A stretch of 64,000 nucleotides of DNA from the human T2T-CHM13v2.0 reference genome, Homo sapiens: the NCBI RefSeq assembly GCF_009914755.1, contig NC_060926.1; one strand, given 5' to 3'. Positions 33,066 through 46,820 of the stretch are shown here, one piece after another. Each line of letters opens with the position of its first letter. Positions within the stretch are counted from its first letter, which is position 1. Under the pieces are notes generated by a model that was not told where the DNA came from, searched no databases, and saw only the letters and a list, made by a program, of their open reading frames with translations. The translations under genes were made by a program, and so were the position numbers.

Positions 33066-35687
33066 CTCCCTCCTCGCCCTCTCCTTCCGACCCCCTAGTA
33101 ATAACAAATTCACTGTTGACCCTGGACAGATGGTGTTCAAAAAGCTACGTGCAGGGGGCCAGTACACTTAGGTCGCAGGGAAACTCCCACGTATTAAGCA
33201 CCGACTGTGAACTGGTACACTGTGGGGTTCTTTATAGACATTAATTCCCCAGAACAATCCCACGATACGCTATACTGCCCATTTTAGTAAGAAGAAAACA
33301 AGCTCAGAGAGGTTAGGTTATTTGCCCAGGGCCACACAGCGAGAAGGTAAGCAACAGAACTGGTGGTCCAAACCCAAGGTTGACCCAGAAGGCCATGTCT
33401 TCCCCTATACCTGCCACCATCTTCCCATGCCAACCCCCACAGGGTAAAGAGTTTGGGCAGGAGGAGGTGGCTACTCCAGCAGGTTTGCTGGAGGGACTTC
33501 TGAAGAGCCTGGGGAGACTAGGAGTTCTGTAGTGGGAAAGCATCAAAGTAGTCAAGGGGCCTGAGTTCTAGTCCCTAGTCTGCCAAATAGTGGGTTATGA
33601 CGTCAAGCCAAGTCTTTCTCCTCCAGGTCCTGTTTCCTCATTTGGACTAGGAAGAGTGGGACGGGGTCATTTAAACACCAGCACCATCTTCTACAGTTTG
33701 TGCATGGAAGACTCCTGGATCAGGGCTGGTTAGTGAGAAGAGAAGAGAGCCAGGAGGAGGCCTTCACGCAACTCATGTTGGGGCTGTGCCATCTGCGAAG
33801 TGAGGTTGCTGGATACCAGAGGCCCAGAGCCCCTGAAGAGTGGCCCCGGCCACAGGCCCACCTGGGTGGCAGGGCAGCACAGGCCCACACCAGTGGGCAC
33901 TCACCCATGGACTCGGTGAGTGCCACCTACTGTCTCATGCCCTCTGGCATTTGATAGCCCCCCTTCCCTCTGCTGGAAGCTGCCTCTCTCCTCCAGCTCT
34001 TTTCCTGGGGAGTGTTTCTGGTTTAATTCTGTTTCAACAAACTTACCTGGGCGGCTCATTCTAAGTGCCAGGCCTGCAGCAGGTGCTGGGCATGTGACCT
34101 GGGCCAGCTGGACCCTCAAGGTGCTCAGCCCGGTGGGGGGACAGAACCATCAACAGACAACTAGATGATCTAATATGAGATGCAGGGACACAGAAGAGGA
34201 TGGGAACCCGCCTGGGCTGGTGAAGGGCAGAGAGCCTTCCCCTGGGAGCCCCACCTGAATTGGAAAATGAGTACAAGACAACAAGGGGAGAAGCAGACAC
34301 TGCAGGAGGAGGGAGCTGCATGAGCCAGGGTGGGGCTGGACATTCAGGGAACATGACCAGTGAGGAGGCCAGCCCAGCAGCGGAGCCACGACAGCATGGG
34401 GCAGGGACAGGCCAAGGGGCATGGGATGGGAGGGCCTGCAATGCACAGAACGGAGGGCAGGGTCCTAGCTGATTCCAGGTTCCCAGCTGGGGTGCTCAGG
34501 AGTGTCACCAAAACAGAGAATGCAGGAGACAGGCAGGTCAGAGAGAGATAGGCTTGGGTTTCCCTGTGGAACCTGAGAAGAGCTGTCCAACTGGCATGGG
34601 CAGCAGGGACCCTTTGGGGCTACCTGGGCCTGCTGAGGTGGCCCTCTCATGGCACCCCAAGTGTGGAAAGTTCTCAGAGACAATAAAGGCTACTCTGTGA
34701 TGCTGATTGTGGCTCCTGCTGTCATTGATAAAAGAGGCTGAAATTAAAAATCAGCCTCCTCCCCAGGTGGGCTGCATTTACAGATGCTCCTAGCTCTGCA
34801 CCCGGTGGCACTTTATCTCCTGGATGAGTGGACTTGACTCTTGGAGAAGCTGACAGTCCAAGGCCACATCCCCATGAGGCACGGAGACCAAGGTGTCACT
34901 GCTTATATCAGTATGCCCAGAGAGCCCTCTTCACTCCCATCCATAGAGGGTTAGCTTACAGAGCTGAGGCATATGGCAGACCAGAGGGAAAATTACCCTG
35001 TAAAGACTGCGGGCCTCTCAGGCCTTCCTGTAGCAGGAAACCACAGTGATGCACTTACTTAACAAAAGTGTATTGAGCAGCTTCTTTGGGCCAGGCACTG
35101 TGCCAGGTACTGGGGATCCAGGGATGAAAGTCCAGATCGAGGCCCCTCAGGACTTCACAGTCTAGTGGACATCAGGCAATTTCAGCAGGGCATGACACAC
35201 ACAGTCACAGGATGGTGACATAAATGCCTAGAGGAAGGGCATTTGAGAAGACTTGAAGAAGAAGAGGAAGCAGGGCACGCTGTGCTCCCCTATCATACTT
35301 TCTGGTGCGATCATATGAATTTTTTAATTGAGCATCTACTATCTACCAGGTTCCTGAGATGAAGCATCTCTAATCTGTGCCACCACTTAGAAGGCAATTT
35401 ATAGTGGGAGAAACCACTCTCAGAAAGGATAACTGGCTTGTTCTAGCCCACACTGCTGGTGAGGAGAGGAAAAGAGGTTCAAATCCAGGGGTATCTGACT
35501 CCCAAGGCCCAAACTCTCCATCCTACAGTGCCGTGCACTCCAGCCCTCTGTAGGCTCCGCTCTACGGGAGCCGCTATAGTAAAGTAGAGAAATGGAAGAA
35601 TACATAACCAAGGCTTGAGCGAAGGCCTAGAACAAAATGTAGAAAAATCAGAATGCCAGTGTGGGAGGATTATTAAACGGCATGACA

Positions 35688-35994
<307 letters not shown>

Positions 35995-36161
35995 GGTCAT
36001 GACTTTAGTTGAAGTCCTTCATTTAGAGACAATGGAGGCCTATGGTGGCAATAAGATTGGCCCCAGGACATAGCTGGTTGACTGCTGATCTGGATTAGAA
36101 CTCAGGTCTCCTGGCTCCCAATTCAGGGCTTCATTCACTCAAGAAGCTGTGCCACTCTTGG

Positions 36162-36162
<1 letters not shown>

Positions 36163-36198
<36 letters not shown>
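36163..36198 (+). repeat. (CA)n microsatellite
   Basis: directly visible. Confidence 0.95.
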
Positions 36199-36203
<5 letters not shown>

Positions 36204-36607
36204 TGCTCAAATCAGTGAATGATTCTGTCTTTGGGCAGCACAAATCTTTAATGTTTTGAGATCACAATGAAATGGAAATTACTCAGAACAAACTTCTGCT
36301 ATGGGAGTGTCTTGGGCCAGATGAAGGGGGCTGGTGGTAGGGAACATCTCAGACACTTTGTAGGAGATCTTCCTGAGGGTGTCAGTGAACAAGACGCAGT
36401 GACAAAACGACTTCACAAAATAGAGAAACAATGTGGTCAGAGGGATTGATCAGAGAGACTCCCTGTCCTGGCCCCTGTTCGCTGAGCAATTCAATGACAT
36501 TTGTCCTGTGTGGGCCAGTTACTCAATTGTTGTCTTAGTATGTAATTTTATTTAAAATATTTGATAAAATAGCAACATATTTAGCTGATTAAAAAGTTCA
36601 AACAGTT

Positions 36608-36850
36608 TTTAAATTTTTTTGTTTTGTTTTTCATTTTTTTAATTAATTTTTAATTTTATTTTAAGTTCCAGGGTACATGTGCAGGATGTACAGACATGTT
36701 ACACAGGTAAACGTGTGCCATGGTGGTTTGCTGCAGCTATCAACCCATCACTTAGGTATTAAGACCAGCAGGCGTTAGCTATTTCTCCCAGTGCTCTCCC
36801 TCCCCACACCCCGCCTCCCGCCATGCCCCAGTGTGTGGTGTTCCCCTCCC
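36608..36850 (-). mobile_element. 5'-truncated L1PA 3'UTR fragment (older, about L1PA10-13)
   Basis: polyT, ggtacatgtgcaggatgt...ccatcacttaggtattaag; TSD-like aaacagtt on both sides. Confidence 0.8.
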
Positions 36851-37149
36851 AAAACAGTTCTTGAAAACATAAAATACACTACCAGCTTTAGCCTTCCTTT
36901 CTACACCGACCCCCACTCAGTTCTCCTCCCAGATGTACTTTAAACTCCACAGTCAAAAGTCAGACTCATGGTTTACACCAAAGGGGCATGCCTTTTTTTT
37001 TTTTTTTTAACATATTTTTTCTTAGGAATCTGCTCCTACATTTCTTATCTCACTTGATGAAGCAACCATTCGCACAGTGTGTCAAGCCAGAGGTGGTTAT
37101 TAGTTCACATGTATTCTCCCCTCAGAATAATTTACTGTAATCCGTATAC

Positions 37150-37870
37150 AGTATATAGGGTTTTTATTAACACAAATGGCATGATACTGAACACACTGTT
37201 CTCTGCCGAGCCGATTTTTATCCTTCCTTATGGCTACGGCATATTCCACAGTACAGACGCTGCGTAACTCACTCGCCTGGTCCTCAGTGGGTGGTGTTAG
37301 TTGTTTGCAGTCAGCGCTATCGCAAACAGTGCTGCCGGGAGACCCTGCCCAGTGCCTCTTGGTGAATCTCTGCAGAGGCAGCTGCAGCGGAATTGCTGGA
37401 TTAAGTAGTATATGCACTTGAAATGCTGACATATTCCTAAATTGTCTTCCGATAAGGTTGCGCTGATTGACTCCCACCAGCAATAAGAGGGTGGCTATTT
37501 CCCCACACCTTTGGTAATAATTTTCATTTTAATATTTGCCAATCTGAGATGTGACTAACGAAGTGAAGGTTCGTTGTTGTTTTGAATTACACTTCTTTAA
37601 TTATGAGTTGAGATGAGAATTTTTCCTCCAAGCTTGCATGTTTAAGAACTTCCTGTTCACATCTGCTCATCTAGGGTCTTTTTTTCAATGATTCTCTCAA
37701 TGTAAATTAAGGAAATTAGTCTTTTGTCTGTCATATGCATTTCAAATACCTTTACAGTTTATCCTGAAGCTTTTTTTTCCCCTCTCTGTACTAAAGCTTT
37801 TAAATTTTCGTGTAGTCAAATTTATCAGTCTTTTCCTTTGTGGCTTCGGGGTTAAGCTGTTATTTAAATA
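37150..37870 (-). mobile_element. Ancient L1M (L1ME-like) 3' fragment
   Basis: ctcccaccagcaataagagggtggctatttccccacacc, gtagtcaaatttatcagtc; further pieces at 38770-39120 and 39640-40160. Confidence 0.6.
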
Positions 37871-37985
37871 TTTTATAGCTCATTTCACTTTTCACCCAAA
37901 TAAAGTGTAAGCTGCTTATAATGTTGCCTGCAGATTCTAACACAATGCCTTGTGTTTGGCAGGTATGCCTTACAGTATTTACTGA

Positions 37986-38026
37986 TAAGATAGATAGATG
38001 ATAGACTAGATAGATAGATGATAGAC

Positions 38027-38068
<42 letters not shown>

Positions 38069-38080
38069 TGAATAGATAGA
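37986..38080 (+). repeat. (GATA)n microsatellite
   Basis: directly visible. Confidence 0.95.
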
Positions 38081-39123
38081 TGGATACAGGAAATATTTTA
38101 CAGTGTTAACCCTTGCTTTGCCCCATTTAAAAAACTGGTTTTAAAATACCAAATGCATTGTGTATTTTTTGAAACATCTTCTGCTCTTGATTTTCTCAAC
38201 CTTTCTGGAGTCTCAAGCTGCTTGTCTCCCAGCCTCTCCCTGAGCCTTCCTCCCTGGCTCCTTTCTCACAGCTTGCCCCCTAAAAGTTGACACTGCCCTC
38301 GTCTTTCTTCTCTGTCTACATGTTCCCTAGCAGGGATGACACCAAGGGGTGGCTGGGGGTGGTTACCACCCAACTTCATCTGCTTCCTCCCAAAGAGCAC
38401 CCCCAAAGCAGACAAGGAAGAAAGAGAGGGGAGAAGAGGAGAAAAAAAAGCAGCAAAGTGTGTGTTTTCTCATTCTTAAGTAAAGCTTGAATGAACACAT
38501 ATTTCAAAGACTTCGCTATTTCTATTAGGGTCATCTGAGCAAGAGCAGGGTGCTATATGTGTACATGCAGCCTTGAGCCAAGTGCCCCTCCAGCATTACT
38601 ACTGCTGCTCTGTCCCTCCTGGGTGTCACCTTGCTGCCTGAGCCACCTTGCCCACTGCCACAGCACTGCCACAGCTCTGCCACCCTCCAGATGCCCCATA
38701 AATGCCTTCAACCCACACAATGGGATATATTGTGAAAAGTAAGTCTCACCCTGACTGAAACCCCTTGTTCTCATTCCTCGTCTCTGTTAACAGTTTCTTG
38801 TGTATCATTCCAAATATATTCTATACATATAAAAGCATGTGTGCTTATCTTTCCACAAGTGTCACCTTAGTACTCATCCTGCTCTGCATGGCACTTTTCA
38901 CTTAGCAAAGTATCTGGGAGATGGATCCCTGTGACCACAACCTCAATATCACGTTCACATCCTCAGCAGCCTGGTATTCCACTGAATGGCTGTATTGGAA
39001 CCAATTTAACTAGCTGGCTATTAAAGAGTAGTTAGGCTTCTCAAGTTCTTTGAGGCTACAAATAATGCTTCCATTAATATCTTTGTGTATCACTATCCCT
39101 AGAATATTGACTCCATAAGGCAG

Positions 39124-39543
39124 TGTGGCAGGCAGAATAATTGATCTCCAAAGATGTCCATATCCTAGTCCCCAGACCTGTGAATGTGTTACCCTACGTG
39201 GCAAAGGGGAGTTTGGAAATGTGATTCAATTAAAGATTTTGAGGAGGGAAGATGATCTGGGGTTATCTGGGTGGGCCCAATAGCAAATCCCAGGGTCCGA
39301 GGAAGAGGAATGCAGGAGGGTCAAAGTCAGAGCAAGAGTGAGGGGGCCATGAACCCAGGAGCGCTGGCAGCCTCTAAAGCTGGAAACAGAAGGAAACATT
39401 CTTCCCAAGAGCCTCCAGAAGGAACGCAGCCCTGCTGACACCTCCACAGTAGACCGCTGACCTCTAGAACTGTAAATAATACATCTGTGTTAAGTTACTC
39501 TGTTTGTAGCAATTTGTTACCGCTGCAACGAGGAACTAATACA
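39124..39543 (+). mobile_element. MLT1C/D-like LTR
   Basis: tgtggcaggcagaataat...ccaaagatgtcc...gagcctccagaaggaacgcagccctgctgacacc...aactaataca. Confidence 0.8.
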
Positions 39544-40473
39544 AAGGTGGTTTTGCTGCCTGCACATTGCATTCCCAATGTCACGACCAGTGCCTGGCAT
39601 GTAGTAGGAGCTTACTACAGATTTGTTGAGTGACTAGAGGTGCATGTGTATTACAAGTGTAAAATAACTCCTGCCAGTGGCACTGCCCTCTGAAAGGGGA
39701 GACACATTTAAATATTGGTAAATATTTTAAAAATATTGGTAAATATTGCCGGATTCTCATCCAAAGAGGCTGCGCTGATTTACATTCCCATTAGCAGTAC
39801 ATGACTGCACCTTCCTCCCCATGCCCTGGCCTGCACTGTATATCATCATCATTATTTTGCCAATATAATTCTGAAAAATGGCATCTCATTGTGTTGATGT
39901 GCGTTTTTTAATGACGAGTGAGTCTGAGCTTCTTTTCATGTGCTTAGTGATCATTTGTACTTCCCCATTTGTAAACTGCCTAAACGCGTTCATTCCCTCT
40001 TTTTAAAAAATGGAGTTATTGTTCTTTTTCACTAATTTGTAAGAATCCTTCATGTTGCATGGATATGAATATGTAAATATATTCCCTTGGTTTGTCCTTT
40101 TGCTTCGTTCATGGTATTTTTTCACCATGGAGAAAATTTTAATTTGACAAAGGCATGAATGAGGTGCGCATCCTAGTTTGGCAGAGAGGAGAGGGGAGAT
40201 CATTCAGTCGCACCTGACAGGAGCAAAGACTCTGAGATAAGAAAGAACAAGGAAGATTAATATGACTGGAGCAGTTAGGGGAGAGAAGGATTGATGAGGT
40301 GTGTGTTGTCAGGCCGGGGGAGCTGGAGAGCGACAGTGGAGATAGCTAAGAGCTGGATGGGGGATTTGGATCCTCTACTCCGTACAGGCAAGTGAACAGT
40401 CTTTATTTTTAAACATGGTAAAAATTCCTATAAAGTGTAGGTACTGCGTTAGGTATTTAAAATACTTTATCCT

Positions 40474-40816
40474 GGCTAGGCGTGGTGGCTCACGCCTGTA
40501 ATCCCAGCACTTTGGGAGGCCAAGGCGGGCAGATGGCCTGAGGTCAGGAGTTTAAGACCATCCTGGCCAACATGGTGAAACACCATCTCTACTAAAAATA
40601 CAAAAATTAGCTGGGTGTGGTGGCATGCTCCTGTAATCCCAGCCACTCGGGAGGCTGAGGCAGGAGAATTGCTTGAACCCGGGGAGGCAGAGGTTGCAGT
40701 GAGCCGAGATCACGCTACTACACTCCCCAGACAGAGTGACAGGGCAAGACTCCGTCTCAAAAAAAAATAAAAAAATAATAAAAATTAAATAAATAAATAA
40801 TAAAATAAAATAAAAC
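40474..40816 (+). mobile_element. AluS, full length with TSD
   Basis: TSD aaaatactttatcct (40459-40473) / aaaacactttatcct (40817-40831). Confidence 0.93.
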
Positions 40817-43800
40817 AAAACACTTTATCCTATTCTGTCTTCACAGTCCTGGGAGGTAATACTATTATACCCATTTAAAAACTGAAGAGATGAAGGTTCA
40901 GAGAGGTTAGGTACTTTGCCTAAGGTCATCCAGCCAGTAAAAAACAGAAGCATCTCTGCTTGACCTACAAGTCAAGCTTTCATCACTGTACTCATGACAG
41001 TCCTATGAGGCTTAAGCATGCCATTCACAGAGGAGGAAACTAGGTCTCAGAGCAGTTAGTTAATTTGTTCAAGGTCACACAGCTTATAAGGGGAGAAATT
41101 AGATTTGGACTCAGACCTGCTGACCCCAAAGCCCTTGCTGTTCTCATTCCCTCTTTTTATCCATTCTCTGAGCACAGAAGTCACCAAAGAACCTGATTAA
41201 ACTGATCTGGTGTGACTTTGGGAACATCCCCAATTAATGCCAATGTCCCACCAGGTTGGGAACCCCTGCCCTAGCACAGGAAGGCAAGGCCCAGGGAGAA
41301 ATGCCAGCCTGTTGAGTTATTCTCTGCAAGTAATGGCCTCCCTGGGAGAGCTGGGCCATCACCACCCAAGCTGAGCCCATTTGCCCAGCTTCAGCCCAGC
41401 AGGCCCGCAGCAGTGAGGCTGAATGCTGGACAGGCCAGAGAAATTCCTAAGCAATTCAGTTTTTTGTTAACCTTAGATTAAAAATCTCATTCAGCACTTT
41501 CTTTAGAAGTATTCCCTAAGGCCCAGGCAAGGAGGCCCTGCCCTGGCCCTTTGCCTCAGGAGTCCCCACTTTGGGGTACTTTCCTTGAAATTCTCTGAGT
41601 TCCCCTTGGGTACCTGGGCCCAGTCAGGGCTAGGAGTTCTGTTCAGGAAGGGCATCCCAGGTCCAGGCCAGGTCCTGTGTACATCTGGGATTCTAGAAGC
41701 ACCCCCAATGACATTTCCTTAAGGTCCCTCTAGTACCTGAAAATCCCCAGGGCTGGCAGAGCCATCTATGCTGGACATCTCTAGCCACCCAGACCCAAAC
41801 CAGCAAGGCCTCTGTCCATATTTCTCCCCTTCCAGGTGCTCGCAGGCCCTCTTCTCTGCACATAAGATCTGTAAGACAACTGATGGAGCTCCAGGATACA
41901 TGCCTGGAGGGTTGTCCCAGCCTAGCCCATGGTTCCAGAAGGGTGCTCTGCTGAGCGGATTGTGACTGCTGACCAGGATAGTATTTATTTCACTGGATGG
42001 CAAGAACATGGGCCTCCAGAATGGGGCTGACTTGCTGACTCGAGGTAAGCCTCACTCAAGATGGGCAGAGGAGGAATTTAGGGCTCTGAGCTACCCACTA
42101 TCTCCTTCGGACCCTTGAGTGCAAGCAACATTTGTGTGCCCATGTATTGGTCTCACCGTGCATGTTTCCACCGCAATGCTCTCTCAAGTCTATGGCACCT
42201 AAGAATGGTGAGGATGGTGGCAGGCATCCTTTACCCCATGCACTTTCCATCACTGGACCCAGGATGGTGCCCGCCTCTCCTCCACAGATTCCAAGACTGG
42301 GAGCCTCCGGGGGTGGCCATGCCCATCTCTGAGGGCTTTGGAGAGAATGCCAATGGACCTGTCCAATGGATGCATGCTCTTGTAGTGATGGGTGTAGTGA
42401 CATCATATTCCCTCCACTCATCTTAAGACACACTAAAGTGGGGATGGACCAGTCTTCTTGCTCCCCTCATCTCCTTGCCTATCCTCCACCTTGTGATGGT
42501 GTGTGGAAGGCAGGGGCATGAGCCACGATGACAGCGATCACATTCTAGAGATGCAGCGATCACAGCCTAACAAGTTCAAGAGAAGATGTGGGTGGAGGAT
42601 GTGCTGTTTTATGTTTATGCTACAAAACATTCCAAGTGGTAAATTTAACACGACTGGAAGATGAATTATTGTTCTTGCATTATTAGGGCAAGTTGTTGCA
42701 CATTAGGGCAAGGCTTGTGGTCATCAGCAACAAAGCACAATAACAACTCAGAGAGAGTCACTGAAGTCAGCACTGGTGGGTAGCACATGGGTGAGGAAGG
42801 ATGTAACCAGCATTAAGTAAACAACATGAAGGAACCACAGAGGTAAAAAGACTAATATGGTTTCAATCCATACAGGTTACAAAAAGCTGTGGCATTGTGA
42901 GCTACAATGGTGCTGCCACATCTTTCTCACAGTAGGAAATATGAAATAAGCCAGGTATGTGCATTTGACAGGAAGATGGCTCCTGGACCTGACCAGGAAG
43001 ACACAGTGCCTATTCATTCCAAATGATCTTCACTGCCACTGATTGGACAATAAGCACACGCTTAATTTCCTTTTCTCTGGTCATTATTCTAAATCTTCAT
43101 CAGTAAATCATTATACTCCACGTGGATTTCATAATACAGTTTTAATCAAATGTTTTCCTGGGGCTCCAGGCACCCTAAGGACCATTCTGTTCTTCGGGCT
43201 TGTTGAAGCTGTAAAAATGCACATATTTACTAATGTATATAATTCATTCAATGCTTCTTATGTTCCATGAACCATGTTAAGCATGGTGTTAGCATTGTTT
43301 CATTTCATCTTCACATCACCCTCTGTGAGGCCTGTTCCAGCACCATCTTCATTTTCTACCTGGGGTATCTGAGGCTCAGAGAGCTAAACCAGCTTGCCTG
43401 AAGTCACACAGCAGAATAGGTGACCAAAGCAGGATCTGACCAGTGCCTGTGTACTTGCTGTCACATTCCCCTGCCCTTGGTCTCTGTTACATTTCAACAG
43501 GGCTAGGGTGTCTGCAACTGGGCAGACCCACTTCCTCCAGTCACAACAAACACACCCTTAGAGCAGCAGAAGGTAAGGTGTTTGATGAGCTTCTATTTTC
43601 GTCTTTGAGTGCCCAGCTCCCCAGGCCCTCCGCTCCCACCTCTGCACTCTCCAGGCTTCCCTCTGCCATGGTTGTTTTCTCTCACCTTAACCGTACAAGC
43701 CAAAGGATGCTGTAGGGAAGCTTTGCCCATCTGGCCAAGCCTCACTGGCCCTGAAAGGCTCACCTGGGCCAAAGAGAGGTGTTAGGGGTGGAGAATGACA

Positions 43801-44302
43801 TTGAAGGATGGGAAGCAGGCTAGGAGGGAATGGGTGGAGGCAGTGAAAGGTGTCAAGCATTGGAGAGAGAAATGGATTTTTATTGGGGATCTCCAAGGTG
43901 CCAGGCACTGGGCCATGTAAGTATCACAACTGTGTGAAGATCTTATGATGATCAAGTGATTCAGAGGAACCTGAGGCCCCAAGAGCCAAAGCAAGTGGCC
44001 CAGGCATGATGGTGTAAGTGGCAGGGCCATGCCTGACTCCGAAGCTCAGAGTGTCTCATTCCTCCTACACCTCCCAGCAGGCAGGGTCTAAGGAGAGCTG
44101 GGAGGAGGAGTGGAGATGTAGGGCCACCAGGAGAGATGACCAGACCAACACCATACATAGTGAGCGCCCTCACAGCAGGGATGCCGTTGGGCTGGGTTTG
44201 GCTAACAGCTCAGTTTGACCCAGGTGGCATTTGTGGAGCATCTGCTGTATGCCAGGGCTCATGGTGGGATGGGGTCAGAAATGAGTAAGGTAAGACAGTT
44301 TT

Positions 44303-44630
44303 GGCCAGGTGCGGTGGCTTGCACCTGCAACCTCAGTGTTTTGGGAGGCCAAAGCAGGAGGATTGCTTGAGGCCAGGAGTTCAAGACCTGCCTATGTGAT
44401 ATAGCAAGACCCTGACTCTACAAAAAATAATAATAATAATAATAAAAGTTTTTTAACTAGCTGAGCAAAGTGGCATGTACCTGTACTCCCAGCTGCTCAG
44501 GAGGCTGGGGTGGGAGGATCACTTGAGCCCAGGGGTTTATGGTTCCAGTGAGCTATGATCCCACCAATGCATTCCAGCCTGGGTGACAGAGCAAGACCCT
44601 GTCTCTCTCTCTAAAAAACAATCAAACAAA
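44303..44630 (+). mobile_element. AluJ
   Basis: ggaggattgcttgaggccaggagttcaagacc; (TAA)n linker. Confidence 0.88.
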
Positions 44631-46649
44631 GAGGCAGCCAGTCCCAGGGAGGGAATAGTGGGGAAGAGCAAGCCATGAAAGTCAGGTGGCAGGTGGTGGG
44701 GGCATGAGGAGCAGGAGTGGGACAGGAAGGGATGATTCACTCTCCTGGGCTGTGGGCTTTGGGCTTTGGAGAGAAGAGGCTGCTCGCAGGGTTTTGCAGA
44801 AATCCCAGGAGATTTGGACAGGGATAAGCCAGCATGCAAAGGCTTGGGGATGGGAGCCAGCTCTTGTGGTACCAGGTGAGTATAAGAAGCCTGAGTGTAA
44901 AATGTAGTGGTGGGTGGGACATGTCACAAGGCCTGCCTGAGCCTGCAAATGCCCCTCCTCACTTCATCCATTCCTCCAAGTTCCAGTCACACCCCAGCTG
45001 CCTATGGACTTGTTCCTTCCCTTCCATCAGCCCCATCCTCCCCTTGAGGCCCTCATTCCCCAGGATCGCCCACCACCTGCAGTCCCAGCTGCTCCATGAA
45101 GCTCTCCCACGGCTTTAGTTGTTCCCAGACATTGTCTCTTGAAAGGGACTCCAAGCTCCTAGAGGGAGATCCTCTGTCTTCTCATTCTCTGGAAACTCTG
45201 CAGCCACATCTGGCAACTGGCAGATGAGCAGCCTGCTCACCAGGCCACAGACAGAAGACTCTGCATGCGGGTGTAGCTGGTCAGCCTCTTCCAGGCTGGC
45301 TGAGGGGCTGCATCTGTATGTGGGAGGGAACTGGCCAGAGTGGGACACCAGCTAGTGGATGTTTAATGAGAACCAGCTCCTCTAAGGAGGACCTAAAGGC
45401 TGGGATGCAAGGCCAAAGGCCCCATGGCAGGCAGGAAACCAGGGTGCTCAAGAGGAGCAACCCCAGAGAGCCCACAGCTGCGGATTCTTTAACCTTCATA
45501 CCCAGGACTTGGCAGACTTTTGCAGCTCAGGGAGGACTGGGAGACAGGCAGACAGATGGGAGGGTGGGTGTACTGCTGGGCAGGCCAGAGAACCCATGGT
45601 GAGGGTGACTGTTTCCAGGCTGGGCGGCCTGGATGGTCAGACAGGCTGGCTACCCCATCGTGGGTCAGCGATCAAGACTGCCAGCCGCATCTTTCAGCCA
45701 GCGTTTTTGTGTCTGACAGTGCAGGGACGGTGTGCAGAGCTGAACATGAAGACACTATGGCCCCCCTCAAGAGGGCTCACACTCTGCTCTCGTGGAAGCG
45801 CAGTGGCCCTGCTTCTCCCTGGCTGGCTGGCTGGCTCCTGGCTTCTCCTGGACGAAGAGGGTAATGAAATGTGAAATGGAAAGCCCTATCTTCTACCTCA
45901 AAATTAGCTGTAGGCTGCAAGTGAACAAGCAGGGAGGGGGAGAAATCTCATGCTTAACAGGCAATTAGGCACCTAATAGATGGGTTTTGTTGATGACATA
46001 GACCAGAACCCAAGGTAAGACCTGTGATGGGTATGTCCTCAGGCACTTTGTAGATCCCACATCTGGCCAGCCCTTGTCCAGCAAGTTCGCTGGCCTCTGA
46101 TGAGCCCTAAATGCTCACACAGTCGAGATAATAATCATCTCAACCCATGATAAGCCACTATACATATACATATTTCTATAGGGTGCCAGTCTTCTCCCTA
46201 ATTTTCTAGTTTTTAAAAATTCTTTATCATATGCTTGTATTTTACAGGCAGTAAATGAAAGCTTATTGGTCCTACAAACTCCACTTATTCATTCATTCTC
46301 AATTACAGAGTTTGCTTGGTGAATAAATGTGGCTAGCCTCTTTGGGAAGATTTAAAAGTCAGTACATGTAATTCCTGCCCTCTGTAGACTCCTTGAAGCT
46401 GGGAGCTGTCATGTCTCACTTATCTCGTGGCACTGAGCCCAGTGCCTGGCGTGTAGTAGATGGTCAGTAGGCATGGAAGGAATGCATGAATGAATGGATA
46501 GATGGATGGATGAACAGATGTTTCTAAAGGACCGCGGTATCCTCAAGACATCCTGGTATGAAAGCTACAGAGCTCTACTCCATATAACGGTGACGAGAAT
46601 GATGTGGGTAAAATGTGTCTCAGCCACTTTGTGCCCTAACCGTTGAGGT

Positions 46650-46820
46650 CCTCCTCTGCACCCTCAGAGACCTGTTAAAACACGCAGATTACTGGGGCTC
46701 ACCCTACAGAGTCTGACTCACTAGATCTGACATTGGGCCTGTGAATCTGCATTTTAGCAAGCAACCCCAGCAGATTCCAATGTTGATGGACATCGGAACA
46801 CACATTAAAAAACACCACAG
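46650..46820. mobile_element. MER5A/B-like MITE
   Basis: gttaaaacacgcagattactggggctcaccc...gaatctgcattttagcaagc. Confidence 0.65.

Noticed and set aside
42560-43210. Possible ancient DNA-transposon remnant
   Set aside because: No terminal inverted repeats or transposase motif could be pinned down by eye
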